Below are positions 22,978 through 32,081 of a stretch of DNA of 39,563 bases, in pieces (positions within the stretch are counted from its first letter, which is position 1; every line of letters begins with the position of its first letter). Source of the DNA: Rhodospirillaceae bacterium (lineage in GTDB: Bacteria > Pseudomonadota > Alphaproteobacteria > Rhodospirillales > UBA2165); NCBI GenBank assembly GCA_018649245.1, contig JABIIH010000253.1, positions 1-39,563 of the forward strand, in the 5' to 3' direction. The notes under the pieces were generated by a model. It was not told the DNA's origin and made no database searches. It saw nothing but the letters and a program-made list of their open reading frames with translations. A program made the translations under genes and the position numbers.

Positions 22978-23299
22978 AAAAGACGATAGTGGCGCCAAGC
23001 CCGAGCAGCGTGCCGGCAATTGATACGGCCCAGCGGTATTCCATTGGCATAACAACGCGACCGCAATAGTTCGTGCCGGTGCCAATGGCCATAGCGAGCA
23101 ACGGCCACCACCAGGCGCCGAAGAAAAATCCCGCGACCAGCATCGCCAATGTCGCCATGCCGCCAAGCCAGGCTGCCGCATCAAACAAGACCGGCGTCAG
23201 GCCAAAACTTGGATAGGGGACACCGGCAGTTAAAACCGTCCGGTGTTGATCAAAACCAAGCGCAAAGCCGATCACCGCAAGGACATACCATTCAAGCAT
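22970..23299 (-). CDS. Small hypothetical membrane protein (about 4 hydrophobic segments)
   Basis: 109-aa hydrophobic ORF starting 9 nt downstream of the reductase stop on the same strand. Confidence 0.6.
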   Translation of the reverse strand: MLEWYVLAVIGFALGFDQHRTVLTAGVPYPSFGLTPVLFDAAAWLGGMATLAMLVAGFFFGAWWWPLLAMAIGTGTNYCGRVVMPMEYRWAVSIAGTLLGLGATIVFFR

Positions 23300-23308
23300 C
23301 GTTTTAGA

Positions 23309-24616
23309 TTAGTCGAGCGCGGCCAGCATGTCATCAATGCGGGTGAATTTTTCCCACGGATGTCCATTCACGGCGTTGGCAACTTCAGCTGCTCTAATCG
23401 TCATGACATCTTCACGCGTTACCACGCGGACATTCCTTGATGACAGCAAATTGTCAATCGCGCTGCCACCCGGCTTGCCAAGCTCAAGGGTGCCGTTTTT
23501 AACATCTTCAGTTAGCAGTTCAACGACACTGCGCGAATCCGGCCCGTTGGTGGGAATGGTGCCGCTGGAGCCGCGCTTGGCCCAACCGACAACATAAATA
23601 TTATCGCGCACCCGGCCATAAACATTATCGATGGTGGCGCCACTGAGCGGTAGTCCTTCCGGCGGATCGGCATAATAGCCAATCGCTGTAACGACTGAAC
23701 AGCATGGCACATCAAAAGTTTCGCCGGTGGCGACTGCTTTACCATCGACAACTTCGGTGCGTTCCAGGCGAATGCCTTCAACCCGGTCGGTGCCAAGGAT
23801 TTCAAGCGGTGAGGCATAAAACTGAAAATGCATTTTGACCGGCTTTTCAGGTTTATCCTGCGCTGCCAGTTCCCGTAGCGTTGCGAGATTTTTCTCTTTG
23901 ACGCCTTTTTCCCGTCCTTCGAATTCACCAGTTACTTCAGCTGGGATTTGATTTGGATCGACAATGGCAGCACAGCGTTCTAAGTCACGCACTTCGCCAA
24001 GTTCTTTTGGCGTGAAACCGGCTTCAACCGGACCGCGCCGGCCAAACATATGAACCTCTTCAATTGGCATTTTCTCGATTGCCTCAAGTGCATGGGCGGC
24101 AATGTCAGTGTCCTGCATCTCCGCGCGGGTCTTTACCAAGACACGGCAGACATCAACGGCGACATTGCCAATACCGATAACCGCAACATTGCTGCCATCC
24201 AGCAGCGGATCGATATCGCGGTAATCCGGATGGGCATTATACCAGCCAACAAAGGCGCAAGCCCCATAGACGCCGGGCAAGTCCTCGCCTGGGATTCCGA
24301 GCAGCCGGTCGTTATAGGCACCGATGGCATAGAAGACGGCATCGTAACTGTCTTTGAGTTCCTCGACTGAAAGGTCACGGCCAATTTCGACATTGCCCAA
24401 ATAGCGCACTTGATCGAGGTCGAGGGTGCGGGAAAATTGCCGGGCGGTGTTTTTGGTTTTGAAATGATCCGGGGCAACGCCATAGCGGATAAGGCCGAAC
24501 GGCATTGGTATTTTATCGAATATATCGATGTTACAATCTGGGAAGTTTTTTAACAAAGCATCGGCGGCGTACATTCCCGAGGGCCCGGAACCGACGATGG
24601 CAAATGACGCACTCAT
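23309..24616 (-). CDS. FprA/adrenodoxin-reductase-type ferredoxin-NADP(+) reductase
   Basis: IVGSGPSGMYAA, PFGLIRYGVAPDH, FVGWYNAHPD, VIGIGNVAVD, GRRGP and GWAKRGSSGTI. Confidence 0.9.
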   Translation of the reverse strand: MSASFAIVGSGPSGMYAADALLKNFPDCNIDIFDKIPMPFGLIRYGVAPDHFKTKNTARQFSRTLDLDQVRYLGNVEIGRDLSVEELKDSYDAVFYAIGAYNDRLLGIPGEDLPGVYGACAFVGWYNAHPDYRDIDPLLDGSNVAVIGIGNVAVDVCRVLVKTRAEMQDTDIAAHALEAIEKMPIEEVHMFGRRGPVEAGFTPKELGEVRDLERCAAIVDPNQIPAEVTGEFEGREKGVKEKNLATLRELAAQDKPEKPVKMHFQFYASPLEILGTDRVEGIRLERTEVVDGKAVATGETFDVPCCSVVTAIGYYADPPEGLPLSGATIDNVYGRVRDNIYVVGWAKRGSSGTIPTNGPDSRSVVELLTEDVKNGTLELGKPGGSAIDNLLSSRNVRVVTREDVMTIRAAEVANAVNGHPWEKFTRIDDMLAALD

Positions 24617-24821
24617 TATTAATTATTTCCCCGTAGTCTTTGTTGCATTTCTCGACCATTGATCCGGCGAAGATTTGGCTTAGCCGAATTTTAAGTTCTC
24701 TAAATGCACGCTGAAATTGTTGGTATACCTAGCAATTTTTAAACTTTACTCATTTATAGTGGGGGAAGATGTGACAAAACCTCTGTTAGGTCAAGCGCCG
24801 GTTTAGGCTATTTTTAAAGGT

Positions 24822-25778
24822 TCAGCAGACTTGATTGATCAGGGCTTCCTGGTTGCGAAAAGCGAGTAAATTTTTGTGCGCGAGTTGGTTGCGATTTTGC
24901 CACGATTCCTCTGTATTCCCTGATAAATGCGGCGACATCACGACGTTATCCATATCACAAAGTGGTGCTCGTTCCGGGGCCTCCCCACCAATCACATCAA
25001 GCCCAGCATTTTTGATCACGCTATTTTGAAGAGCGTAGACAAGTGCCTTGGTGTCAACGATTGAACCCCGCGCAACATTTACCAACGTACCTTCGGGACC
25101 AAGTGCTTCGAGCACTTCTGCATTAACGATGTGTCGCGTGGCTTCACCGCCGGGACAGGAAACCGCTAATATTTGAACTTCGTGCGCCAGTTCCAAAAGC
25201 GAAGAGCAGTAAGTGTAGGAAACATCTTCACGTTTGGAGCGATTGTGATAGAACACCTCCATATCAAAAGCCGTGGCCCGTTTGGCAATCTCTGAGCCAA
25301 TCGCGCCCAGACCAAGAATGCCAATTTTCCGGCCGTAAATGGTTGTTGAGTGAAATTTGGGACATTCTTCATAGGCTTGATGTTCCCGCATCGACCGGTC
25401 ATTGGCGAGAATATGGCGGGAAACACAAAGCAACAGAGCAAAGGCATGATCCGCACAGCTTGGCGCGTTAGTGCCGAGCGCATTGGTAATTTGGATATTA
25501 CGCGCCTTGGCGGCCTCGATGTCTAAATGGTCGAGACCAACCGACATCATACAGATCAGACCTAAATTTGGCAGTTGATCCATCAAAGGCGCATCGACAT
25601 GGCGGGGGCCATCTGAAATTAAAATTTGAATGTCGCTACCGACATCGGCGAGCAGTGCGTCCCGGTTCGGTACTTCCTCGGCAAAATACAAATTGAAATG
25701 TTTGGCAAGTTCCCGGCGATTGTCCTTACTGATCGGACAATTCGCCAATACCCCTAGTTTTTGGCCACTATCGGCCAT
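24822..25778 (-). CDS. D-isomer-specific 2-hydroxyacid dehydrogenase (hydroxyphenylpyruvate/glyoxylate reductase-like)
   Basis: GILGLGAIG, VNVARGS, LDVIGGE and SPHLSG give the Arg-Glu-His triad. Confidence 0.9.
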   Translation of the reverse strand: MADSGQKLGVLANCPISKDNRRELAKHFNLYFAEEVPNRDALLADVGSDIQILISDGPRHVDAPLMDQLPNLGLICMMSVGLDHLDIEAAKARNIQITNALGTNAPSCADHAFALLLCVSRHILANDRSMREHQAYEECPKFHSTTIYGRKIGILGLGAIGSEIAKRATAFDMEVFYHNRSKREDVSYTYCSSLLELAHEVQILAVSCPGGEATRHIVNAEVLEALGPEGTLVNVARGSIVDTKALVYALQNSVIKNAGLDVIGGEAPERAPLCDMDNVVMSPHLSGNTEESWQNRNQLAHKNLLAFRNQEALINQVC

Positions 25779-25799
25779 GCAGATTCCCCGATGCTTATA

Positions 25800-27005
25800 T
25801 TAGACCTTTTCGATGATTATAGAGGAACCTTGACCGACGCCAACACACATTGTGCAAAGGGCGCGGCTGCCACCATTGCGTTGTAACTGATACATCGCGG
25901 TGGTGACCAATCGTGCGCCACTGGCGCCAAGTGGATGACCCAATGCTATAGCACCACCTTGCGGATTGACGCGCTCGTCGTCATCGGCGACACCAAGCTC
26001 ACGCAATACGGCCAGTCCTTGCGCCGCGAAGGCTTCGTTCAACTCGATGATATCCATATCAGCCATGGTCAGGCCCAGCCGGGCGAGCAGTTTTTGGGTC
26101 GACGGCACCGGCCCGATGCCCATAACCCGGGGCGGCACGCCGCCAGCGGCCAAGCCTAAAATACGCGCTTTCGGGGTTAGCCCATGTTCTTTGGCAGCCT
26201 CTTCGGAAGCAATGATCGTGGCGCAGGAGCCATCATTGATGCCTGATGAATTACCCGCAGTCACCGAGCCACCTTCGCGGAAAGCCGGGCGCAGTTTTTG
26301 CAAGCCTTCGATGGTTGAGCCGGCCCGCGGGTGTTCATCTTTATCAACAATTAAATCGTCCCCTTTGCGCTGTGGGATGGTGACGGGCATAATTTCCTCG
26401 GCCAGCCTGCCATCAGCTTGCGCTGCTTCAGTTTTCAATTGGCTCCGGAGTGCCATGGCGTCCTGGTCTTCGCGGGAAATTTGATATTCTTCGGCGACGT
26501 TCTCGGCCGTTTCGCCCATTTCATCGGTGCCGTAGAGCTCTTTCATCTTTGGATTGACGAACCGCCAGCCAATCGTGGTGTCATAGATCTCGGCATTGCG
26601 GGAAAAGGCTGTCGTTGCTTTGGCCATCGCGAAGGGTGAACGCGACATGCTTTCGACGCCACCGGCGATGTAGAAATCAGCGTCACCGGCTTTAATGGCG
26701 CGTGCCGCACTGCCGACCGCATGCATACCGGAAGCACATAGCCGGTTGACAGTGACACCCGGCACAGCTTCCGGAAGTCCTGCCAGCAGTAAAGCCATAC
26801 GGCCAACGTTGCGGCAATCTTCGCCCGCTTGATTGACGCAGCCGTAAATTACATCGTCAATTTTCTCCCAATCAACGGATGTATTGCGTTCTTTTAAAGC
26901 CGTGATTGGTAAGGCTGCCAGATCATCAGTACGAATGGATGAAAGGCCCCCGCCGTAACGGCCGATGGGGGTGCGGATGGCGTCACAAATAAAAGCTTCG
27001 GTCAT
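25800..27005 (-). CDS. pcaF: 3-oxoadipyl-CoA thiolase (PcaF/PaaJ type)
   Basis: RTPIGRYGG, NQAGED, NRLCASG, DTTIGWRFVNP, NEAFAAQ, GHPLGASG and CVGVGQG. Confidence 0.9.
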   Translation of the reverse strand: MTEAFICDAIRTPIGRYGGGLSSIRTDDLAALPITALKERNTSVDWEKIDDVIYGCVNQAGEDCRNVGRMALLLAGLPEAVPGVTVNRLCASGMHAVGSAARAIKAGDADFYIAGGVESMSRSPFAMAKATTAFSRNAEIYDTTIGWRFVNPKMKELYGTDEMGETAENVAEEYQISREDQDAMALRSQLKTEAAQADGRLAEEIMPVTIPQRKGDDLIVDKDEHPRAGSTIEGLQKLRPAFREGGSVTAGNSSGINDGSCATIIASEEAAKEHGLTPKARILGLAAGGVPPRVMGIGPVPSTQKLLARLGLTMADMDIIELNEAFAAQGLAVLRELGVADDDERVNPQGGAIALGHPLGASGARLVTTAMYQLQRNGGSRALCTMCVGVGQGSSIIIEKV

Positions 27006-27161
27006 AATAATATGCAGGTTCTGAAGAACCTTCCCTAGTTGGTAAATTTGGGCGTAGTTTAAGGGACCAAATGCCTTGGTGCAATTGACCTATGTTAATT
27101 GTTGATATTTGTCGCGATTCATTATGCTAATGTGGTCATTTGAAATTTGAAGGAGAAACCT

Positions 27162-27500
27162 GTGCCCAGTGATTTAACGGCTAAAGTTTGTGTGCCCTGT
27201 CAGGGAGGCATTCCGCCACTAACTTTGGCAGAAGCAGAGGCTTATTTGGTTGATACGCCAGGCTGGGAATTGTCGGAGAGTGCGACACGTCTGCGCGGTG
27301 CGTTTAAGTTCGAGGATTTTCAAACCGCCATGGATTTCGTCCAGAAAATTGGCGCAGTTGCCGAGCAGGAAGGCCATCACCCGGATATCGAGTTTGGCTG
27401 GGGTTATGCTAATATTTTAATTTACACTCATAAGATCAACGGCTTGCATGAGAACGATTTTATCCTGGCAGCAAAAATTAATGACATTGAGGGTGCTTAG
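27162..27500 (+). CDS. phhB: Pterin-4a-carbinolamine dehydratase
   Basis: CVPCQGGIPPL, EQEGHHPDI and THKINGLHENDFILAAKI. GTG 27162 follows AGGAG. Confidence 0.92.
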   Translation: MPSDLTAKVCVPCQGGIPPLTLAEAEAYLVDTPGWELSESATRLRGAFKFEDFQTAMDFVQKIGAVAEQEGHHPDIEFGWGYANILIYTHKINGLHENDFILAAKINDIEGA

Positions 27501-27976
27501 TCTTTACCCAACACATTCATCGGCTCAAGCTTGTCTATTTCGGGCGCATAGTCATTGAGTTCCAGAATAACGCCATTGGGATCACGGACAAAAACCTGAT
27601 AGAGCGGACGGTCGGCGAGTAATCGATCCCAGTAAGCAATGGAGTTTTCTCTCATATATTGAACCAAATCGGCTGATTTCTTGACCGACAAGGCAATATG
27701 GTCATCCATGCCGGTTTCGACCAAATTCTCGGTTTTCGCCTTTTCCCATTCCTTGGGTTTTTCCTTGCCCGTTTCGTATGCTGCGTCTTCAAGATCGTTG
27801 GAGTCTTTTTCGACCAGATGGATAATGGCATCGTCACCGGCATAGAGCCAATAGCCTACCGATTTAAGCGCTGGTCGTTTGCCGACTTTCAGACCTAGTA
27901 AATCGCAGAAAAAAGCGCGGGTTTCCTCCAAGCGGTCCGTGCCAATGGACACATGATCTAGTTTGTTAATTTTCAT
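27497..27976 (-). CDS. VOC (glyoxalase/bleomycin-resistance/dioxygenase) superfamily protein
   Basis: LDHVSI, IHLVE, DHIAL and FVRDPNGVILEL give a His/His/His/Glu metal-ligand pattern. Confidence 0.85.
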   Translation of the reverse strand: MKINKLDHVSIGTDRLEETRAFFCDLLGLKVGKRPALKSVGYWLYAGDDAIIHLVEKDSNDLEDAAYETGKEKPKEWEKAKTENLVETGMDDHIALSVKKSADLVQYMRENSIAYWDRLLADRPLYQVFVRDPNGVILELNDYAPEIDKLEPMNVLGKD

Positions 27977-28018
27977 GTTTCCCCTCAGTTTTTAATTTTT
28001 TTGGTCTAACTAAAATTC

Positions 28019-28042
28019 TGACAGCTATGTCTTAGCTGTCAA
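28019..28042. promoter_or_regulatory. Perfect dyad operator overlapping a minus-strand TTGACA in the VOC/deiodinase divergent promoter region
   Basis: TGACAGCTA-TGTCT-TAGCTGTCA (28019-28041). The minus strand reads TTGACA at 28042-28037, and a plus-strand TTGACA lies at 28083-28088. Confidence 0.55.
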
Positions 28043-28141
28043 CCAGATAACCAGAATTTAATCCTGGTGCCAATTTGGTTTCTTGACACTGGTAGAACCA
28101 TTTTGCACATTTCTGCTAACTTTTAATAGCGGGGTATTTTT

Positions 28142-28831
28142 ATGTCGATTGAGGTAACAGGGGAGCTTGACGTATCAGGCGTACCCGATATGAAGCCCGG
28201 TATGACGCCGGCGGATCGCAAAGTAATTTGGCTGCAGGTTGCAGATATGACCGAGCCGGAATTTGACGCCATGATGGCGGCAAATAAGGCGCGTCAAGTC
28301 AAGGTGCCTGAGCAGGGCAGCGAGGCACCGGATTTTAATCTGGATGTGCTGGACCGGGAAAAAGGACGGACCGGCGAAAAAATCAGCCTTTCAAGTTTTC
28401 GGGGTAAACCGGTCGGGCTGATCTTCGGCTCTTACACCTGACCGCCTTATCGTGATTGGGCCGTGCGCCTAAACGAAATTTACAACAGCTACAAAGATCA
28501 GGTTGAATTTCTCAGCATATATATTCGTGAAGCCCATCCGGATGACGGCTGGCGGTCCAAGAAAAACATCTTGGATGGCATTCGCTATATCGAGCCCCGG
28601 ACCGATGATGAGCGGACTGAGGTTGCTACCGTCTGCCAGCAGATGATGGAATTGCAAATGCCTATGCTGATCGATTCCATCGATAATGATGCCGAAAGCA
28701 AATATATCTCGATACCGATGCGGCTTTATCTGGCCGATGCTGACGGTAATTTAGCTTATGTCGGCGGCGAAGGGCCGTTTAACTTTAAGCCTGATGAATT
28801 TGAAGCGGCGATAAAAGAGCTAACTGCCTAA
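28142..28831 (+). CDS. Iodothyronine-deiodinase-like thioredoxin-fold selenoprotein (229 aa, Sec100 encoded by TGA 28439-28441)
   Basis: The two ORFs are in the same frame and separated only by the TGA. Read-through gives KPVGLIFGSYT-U-PPYRDWAVRLNEIY...FLSIYIREAHPDDGW...DSIDN...MRLY...YVGGEGPF, matching deiodinase motifs FGS[CA]TUPPF, YIxEAHxxDGW, ERLY and GGxGP. A SECIS-like hairpin follows. Confidence 0.9.
28450..28476 (+). promoter_or_regulatory. Putative bacterial SECIS element
   Basis: UCGU/ACGA lower stem, GA bulge, UUGGGC/GCCUAA upper stem and apical loop CGUGC (28462-28466) with GU. The loop starts 21 nt after the UGA. Confidence 0.7.
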
Positions 28832-29595
28832 TAGAGTATCCCGCCGCCATCGACCACTAAGGTTTGACCGGTCATGTGGTCACTGTCGCTGGAAGCGAGG
28901 TAGATCAGCGTGCCGGTGAGATCTTCCGCCCTGACGTGCTGACGCAAAGCCCGGGCTTCAAGCATTTTCTGACCGCGCTCGGTCGTGTTCAACTCCTCCT
29001 CATTGAGCCGACTGGTCACCAAACCATAAGCCACATTGTTGACGCGAATACCATCCGGGCCTAGCTCGGTAGCGAGGCTGCGGGTCATGGCCAAGATGCC
29101 GCCTTTCGCGGTGGTGTAATGGAGCCGGTTGGTCAGCCCGCTCATCATCGTGGTTGAGCCGATATTAATGATCTTGCCATAGTTTTGTTTCTGCATAATT
29201 GGTGTCACCGCTTTGACGCACAGAAAGGGCCCGCGGAGATTGACCGCCATCAGCTCATCCCAGGTCTCAACCGTCATTTCGGTGACCGGGACCGGCGGGA
29301 TGTTAGAGCCGATGGCCGCATTGTTGACGAGTATGTCGATGCGGCCAAACTCTTCCTTGGTAACTTCGACCATATCCCTAATTTGAGCTTCGTCCCGGAC
29401 ATCTGTCATTGTTGCCAGCGCCTTGCCGCCGGCGTCTTTGATATCTGCTACTAGATCTGAACAATCATTGAGGTCGGCACACACAACGGCAGCGCCTTCC
29501 TGGGCCAGGGCTTTGGCGTATTCGGCGCCGAGAGCCGCGCGCTCACCGTAAGCCGCACCGGTAACAATGGCGACCCGACCTTCAAGTTTTGTCAT
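28828..29595 (-). CDS. Short-chain dehydrogenase/reductase (last gene of the liv-type operon)
   Basis: LVNNAAIG, NIGS, YTTAK catalytic motif and MTGQTLVVDGG. The glycine-rich loop is atypical (TGAAYGERAALG). Confidence 0.9.
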   Translation of the reverse strand: MTKLEGRVAIVTGAAYGERAALGAEYAKALAQEGAAVVCADLNDCSDLVADIKDAGGKALATMTDVRDEAQIRDMVEVTKEEFGRIDILVNNAAIGSNIPPVPVTEMTVETWDELMAVNLRGPFLCVKAVTPIMQKQNYGKIINIGSTTMMSGLTNRLHYTTAKGGILAMTRSLATELGPDGIRVNNVAYGLVTSRLNEEELNTTERGQKMLEARALRQHVRAEDLTGTLIYLASSDSDHMTGQTLVVDGGGILY

Positions 29596-29607
29596 TATCT
29601 TCGTCCC

Positions 29608-30311
<704 letters not shown>

Positions 30312-30312
<1 letters not shown>

Positions 30313-31040
30313 CAGACGTCTTCCTCTTCACCGAGATAACAGTCCAGAACCGCTGGGTCCTGGGAGATATGTTCAGGCGTGCCTTCGCTTATTTTTTCGC
30401 CGTGATGAAGTACCGCCACATGATGCGACAGAGACATCACTGCCCGCATGACATGCTCGATCAATAATATTGTAATGCCGGTTTCCTGGTTGAGCGATTT
30501 AAACACCGCGACCATTTCATCGGTCTCAGTCGGCCTTAATCCGGCCATTACTTCATCGAGCAAAAGCAGTTTTGGCCGGGTTGCCAATGCCCGGGCAACT
30601 TCTAATCGCTTGCGGTCGGGCAGGGTCAGGCTGTGGGCTGGTTGATAAATTTTGTCAGCCAAGTCCAATAGTTCAATATTTTTGCGGGCTGCCTCTCTCG
30701 CTTCGCCGATATCGTGGGTGCCATGTAAGGCGCCGACAGTAACGTTTTCCAACACCGTCATGTCGGGGAAAGGCTTGACCAATTGAAAAGTCCGGCCAAT
30801 ACCGGCGTCGCATATCTGATCCGGTCTCAGCCCCAAAATATCATTACCGGCCAGGATGATGCGCCCTTCATCTGCGGGGAACACGCCGGCGATAAGATTG
30901 AACAGCGTCGTCTTACCAGCGCCGTTCGGACCTATTAGCGCTACCAGGCCGCCTTCTTCAACGCTCAAAGATACGTTGGCAACAGCCCTCAATCCCTTGA
31001 AGCTTTTACTGACATTTTCAATTTTAAGCAGGGCGGCCAT
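30312..31040 (-). CDS. livG: HAAT-type ABC ATPase
   Basis: GPNGAGKTT, GIGRTFQ, LLDEVMAGL and IEHVM. Confidence 0.92.
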
Positions 31041-32081
31041 TTAGTCGCTCTCCTTTCGGCAAAAGCCGAGCTTGTCATTTAGCCACGGCCAGATACCTCG
31101 CGGCTTGAACAATACAATCAAGGCAACCACCAATCCCCAAATCAACAGTTTAAGACCATTGAGTTTCGATTTTGGGTCGATGATGCCAGAGCTTTTTAGA
31201 AAATCGATCAATTCCGTCAGCCCTTCGCCCAAGGGCGTTAGAATAAAAGCACCGAGCACCGGCCCAAATAAACTGCCGACGCCACCGACGATAGGTCCTA
31301 AGGAAACCTCGATGGAGCGCTCAATGCCGAAGACAGATTCAGGAAATAAACTGTTTTGATAAAAAGCGTAAAAAACACCAGCGACCCCGGCAATGCCCGA
31401 GGAATAAATCACCGCATACATTTTATAGCGAAAGACATTGATGCCGAGAGCCTGGGCTGCATCCTGGTCGTCCCGGATGGCCTGCCAGTAGTAGCCGAGC
31501 TTGCTTTTGAGTAAAGAGCGGCAACCGGCGAGGGTTAAAAAGGCCAACACCATGGCAAGATAATAAAACATCCACGGATGACCCCTGAGATTAATCAGAT
31601 CGACGCCCTTCCGGTCACCTTCAGAAACCTGCAGGAACAAGCCCTCTGTGCCGCCGATGACAGCCATATGATCAACTGAAATCCGCACCAATTCAGCAAA
31701 GGCGATGGTCAGGAGCGCAAAATAAACGCCACCGATTGAGAAGCGGAAACCGAGATAGCCGATCAGCATACCCATTAAGATTGCCAGCAGAACTGCCGGA
31801 AAAATTCCGATCACCGGCGGCAGTCCGAGCACGGAAAAAAGATAGGCGGCCAAATAGGCACTGACGCCAACGAACAAGGCATGGCCCAAGGATAGCAAGC
31901 CGGCAAAGCCCAGCATCAAGTTCCATGACTGCCCCAAGATCGCCAAATAAAGCGTGATGGTGGCGACGGAAATAATATAGGAGCTGGACCAAAAGGGCAG
32001 CGAGATCAGGATGGCTAAAAATAGCAGCAATCCGATCCTGCCCTTATTTGTAAGGTCGGCCAGCATATTGAACCCCATCAT
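31041..32081 (-). CDS. livM: HAAT-type ABC permease (LivM-like)
   Basis: GLLSLGHALF, GVYFALLTIAF and AIRDDQDAAQALGIN. Start is 32081 (ATGA overlap) or 32066. Confidence 0.88.
   Translation of the reverse strand: MMGFNMLADLTNKGRIGLLLFLAILISLPFWSSSYIISVATITLYLAILGQSWNLMLGFAGLLSLGHALFVGVSAYLAAYLFSVLGLPPVIGIFPAVLLAILMGMLIGYLGFRFSIGGVYFALLTIAFAELVRISVDHMAVIGGTEGLFLQVSEGDRKGVDLINLRGHPWMFYYLAMVLAFLTLAGCRSLLKSKLGYYWQAIRDDQDAAQALGINVFRYKMYAVIYSSGIAGVAGVFYAFYQNSLFPESVFGIERSIEVSLGPIVGGVGSLFGPVLGAFILTPLGEGLTELIDFLKSSGIIDPKSKLNGLKLLIWGLVVALIVLFKPRGIWPWLNDKLGFCRKESD

Noticed and set aside
25966-26484. Long antisense or alternate-frame ORFs (also 6641-7135, 10589-11065, 37875-38399 and similar)
   Set aside because: They lie within or across well-supported genes, have no motifs and show the composition typical of shadow ORFs.
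28439-28441. Nonsense mutation/pseudogene, or two independent genes (99 aa and 122 aa)
   Set aside because: The stop is TGA exactly at the catalytic Sec column, both halves keep intact motifs with no frameshifts, a SECIS-like hairpin follows, and GTG 28463 has no clear RBS and lies in the hairpin loop.
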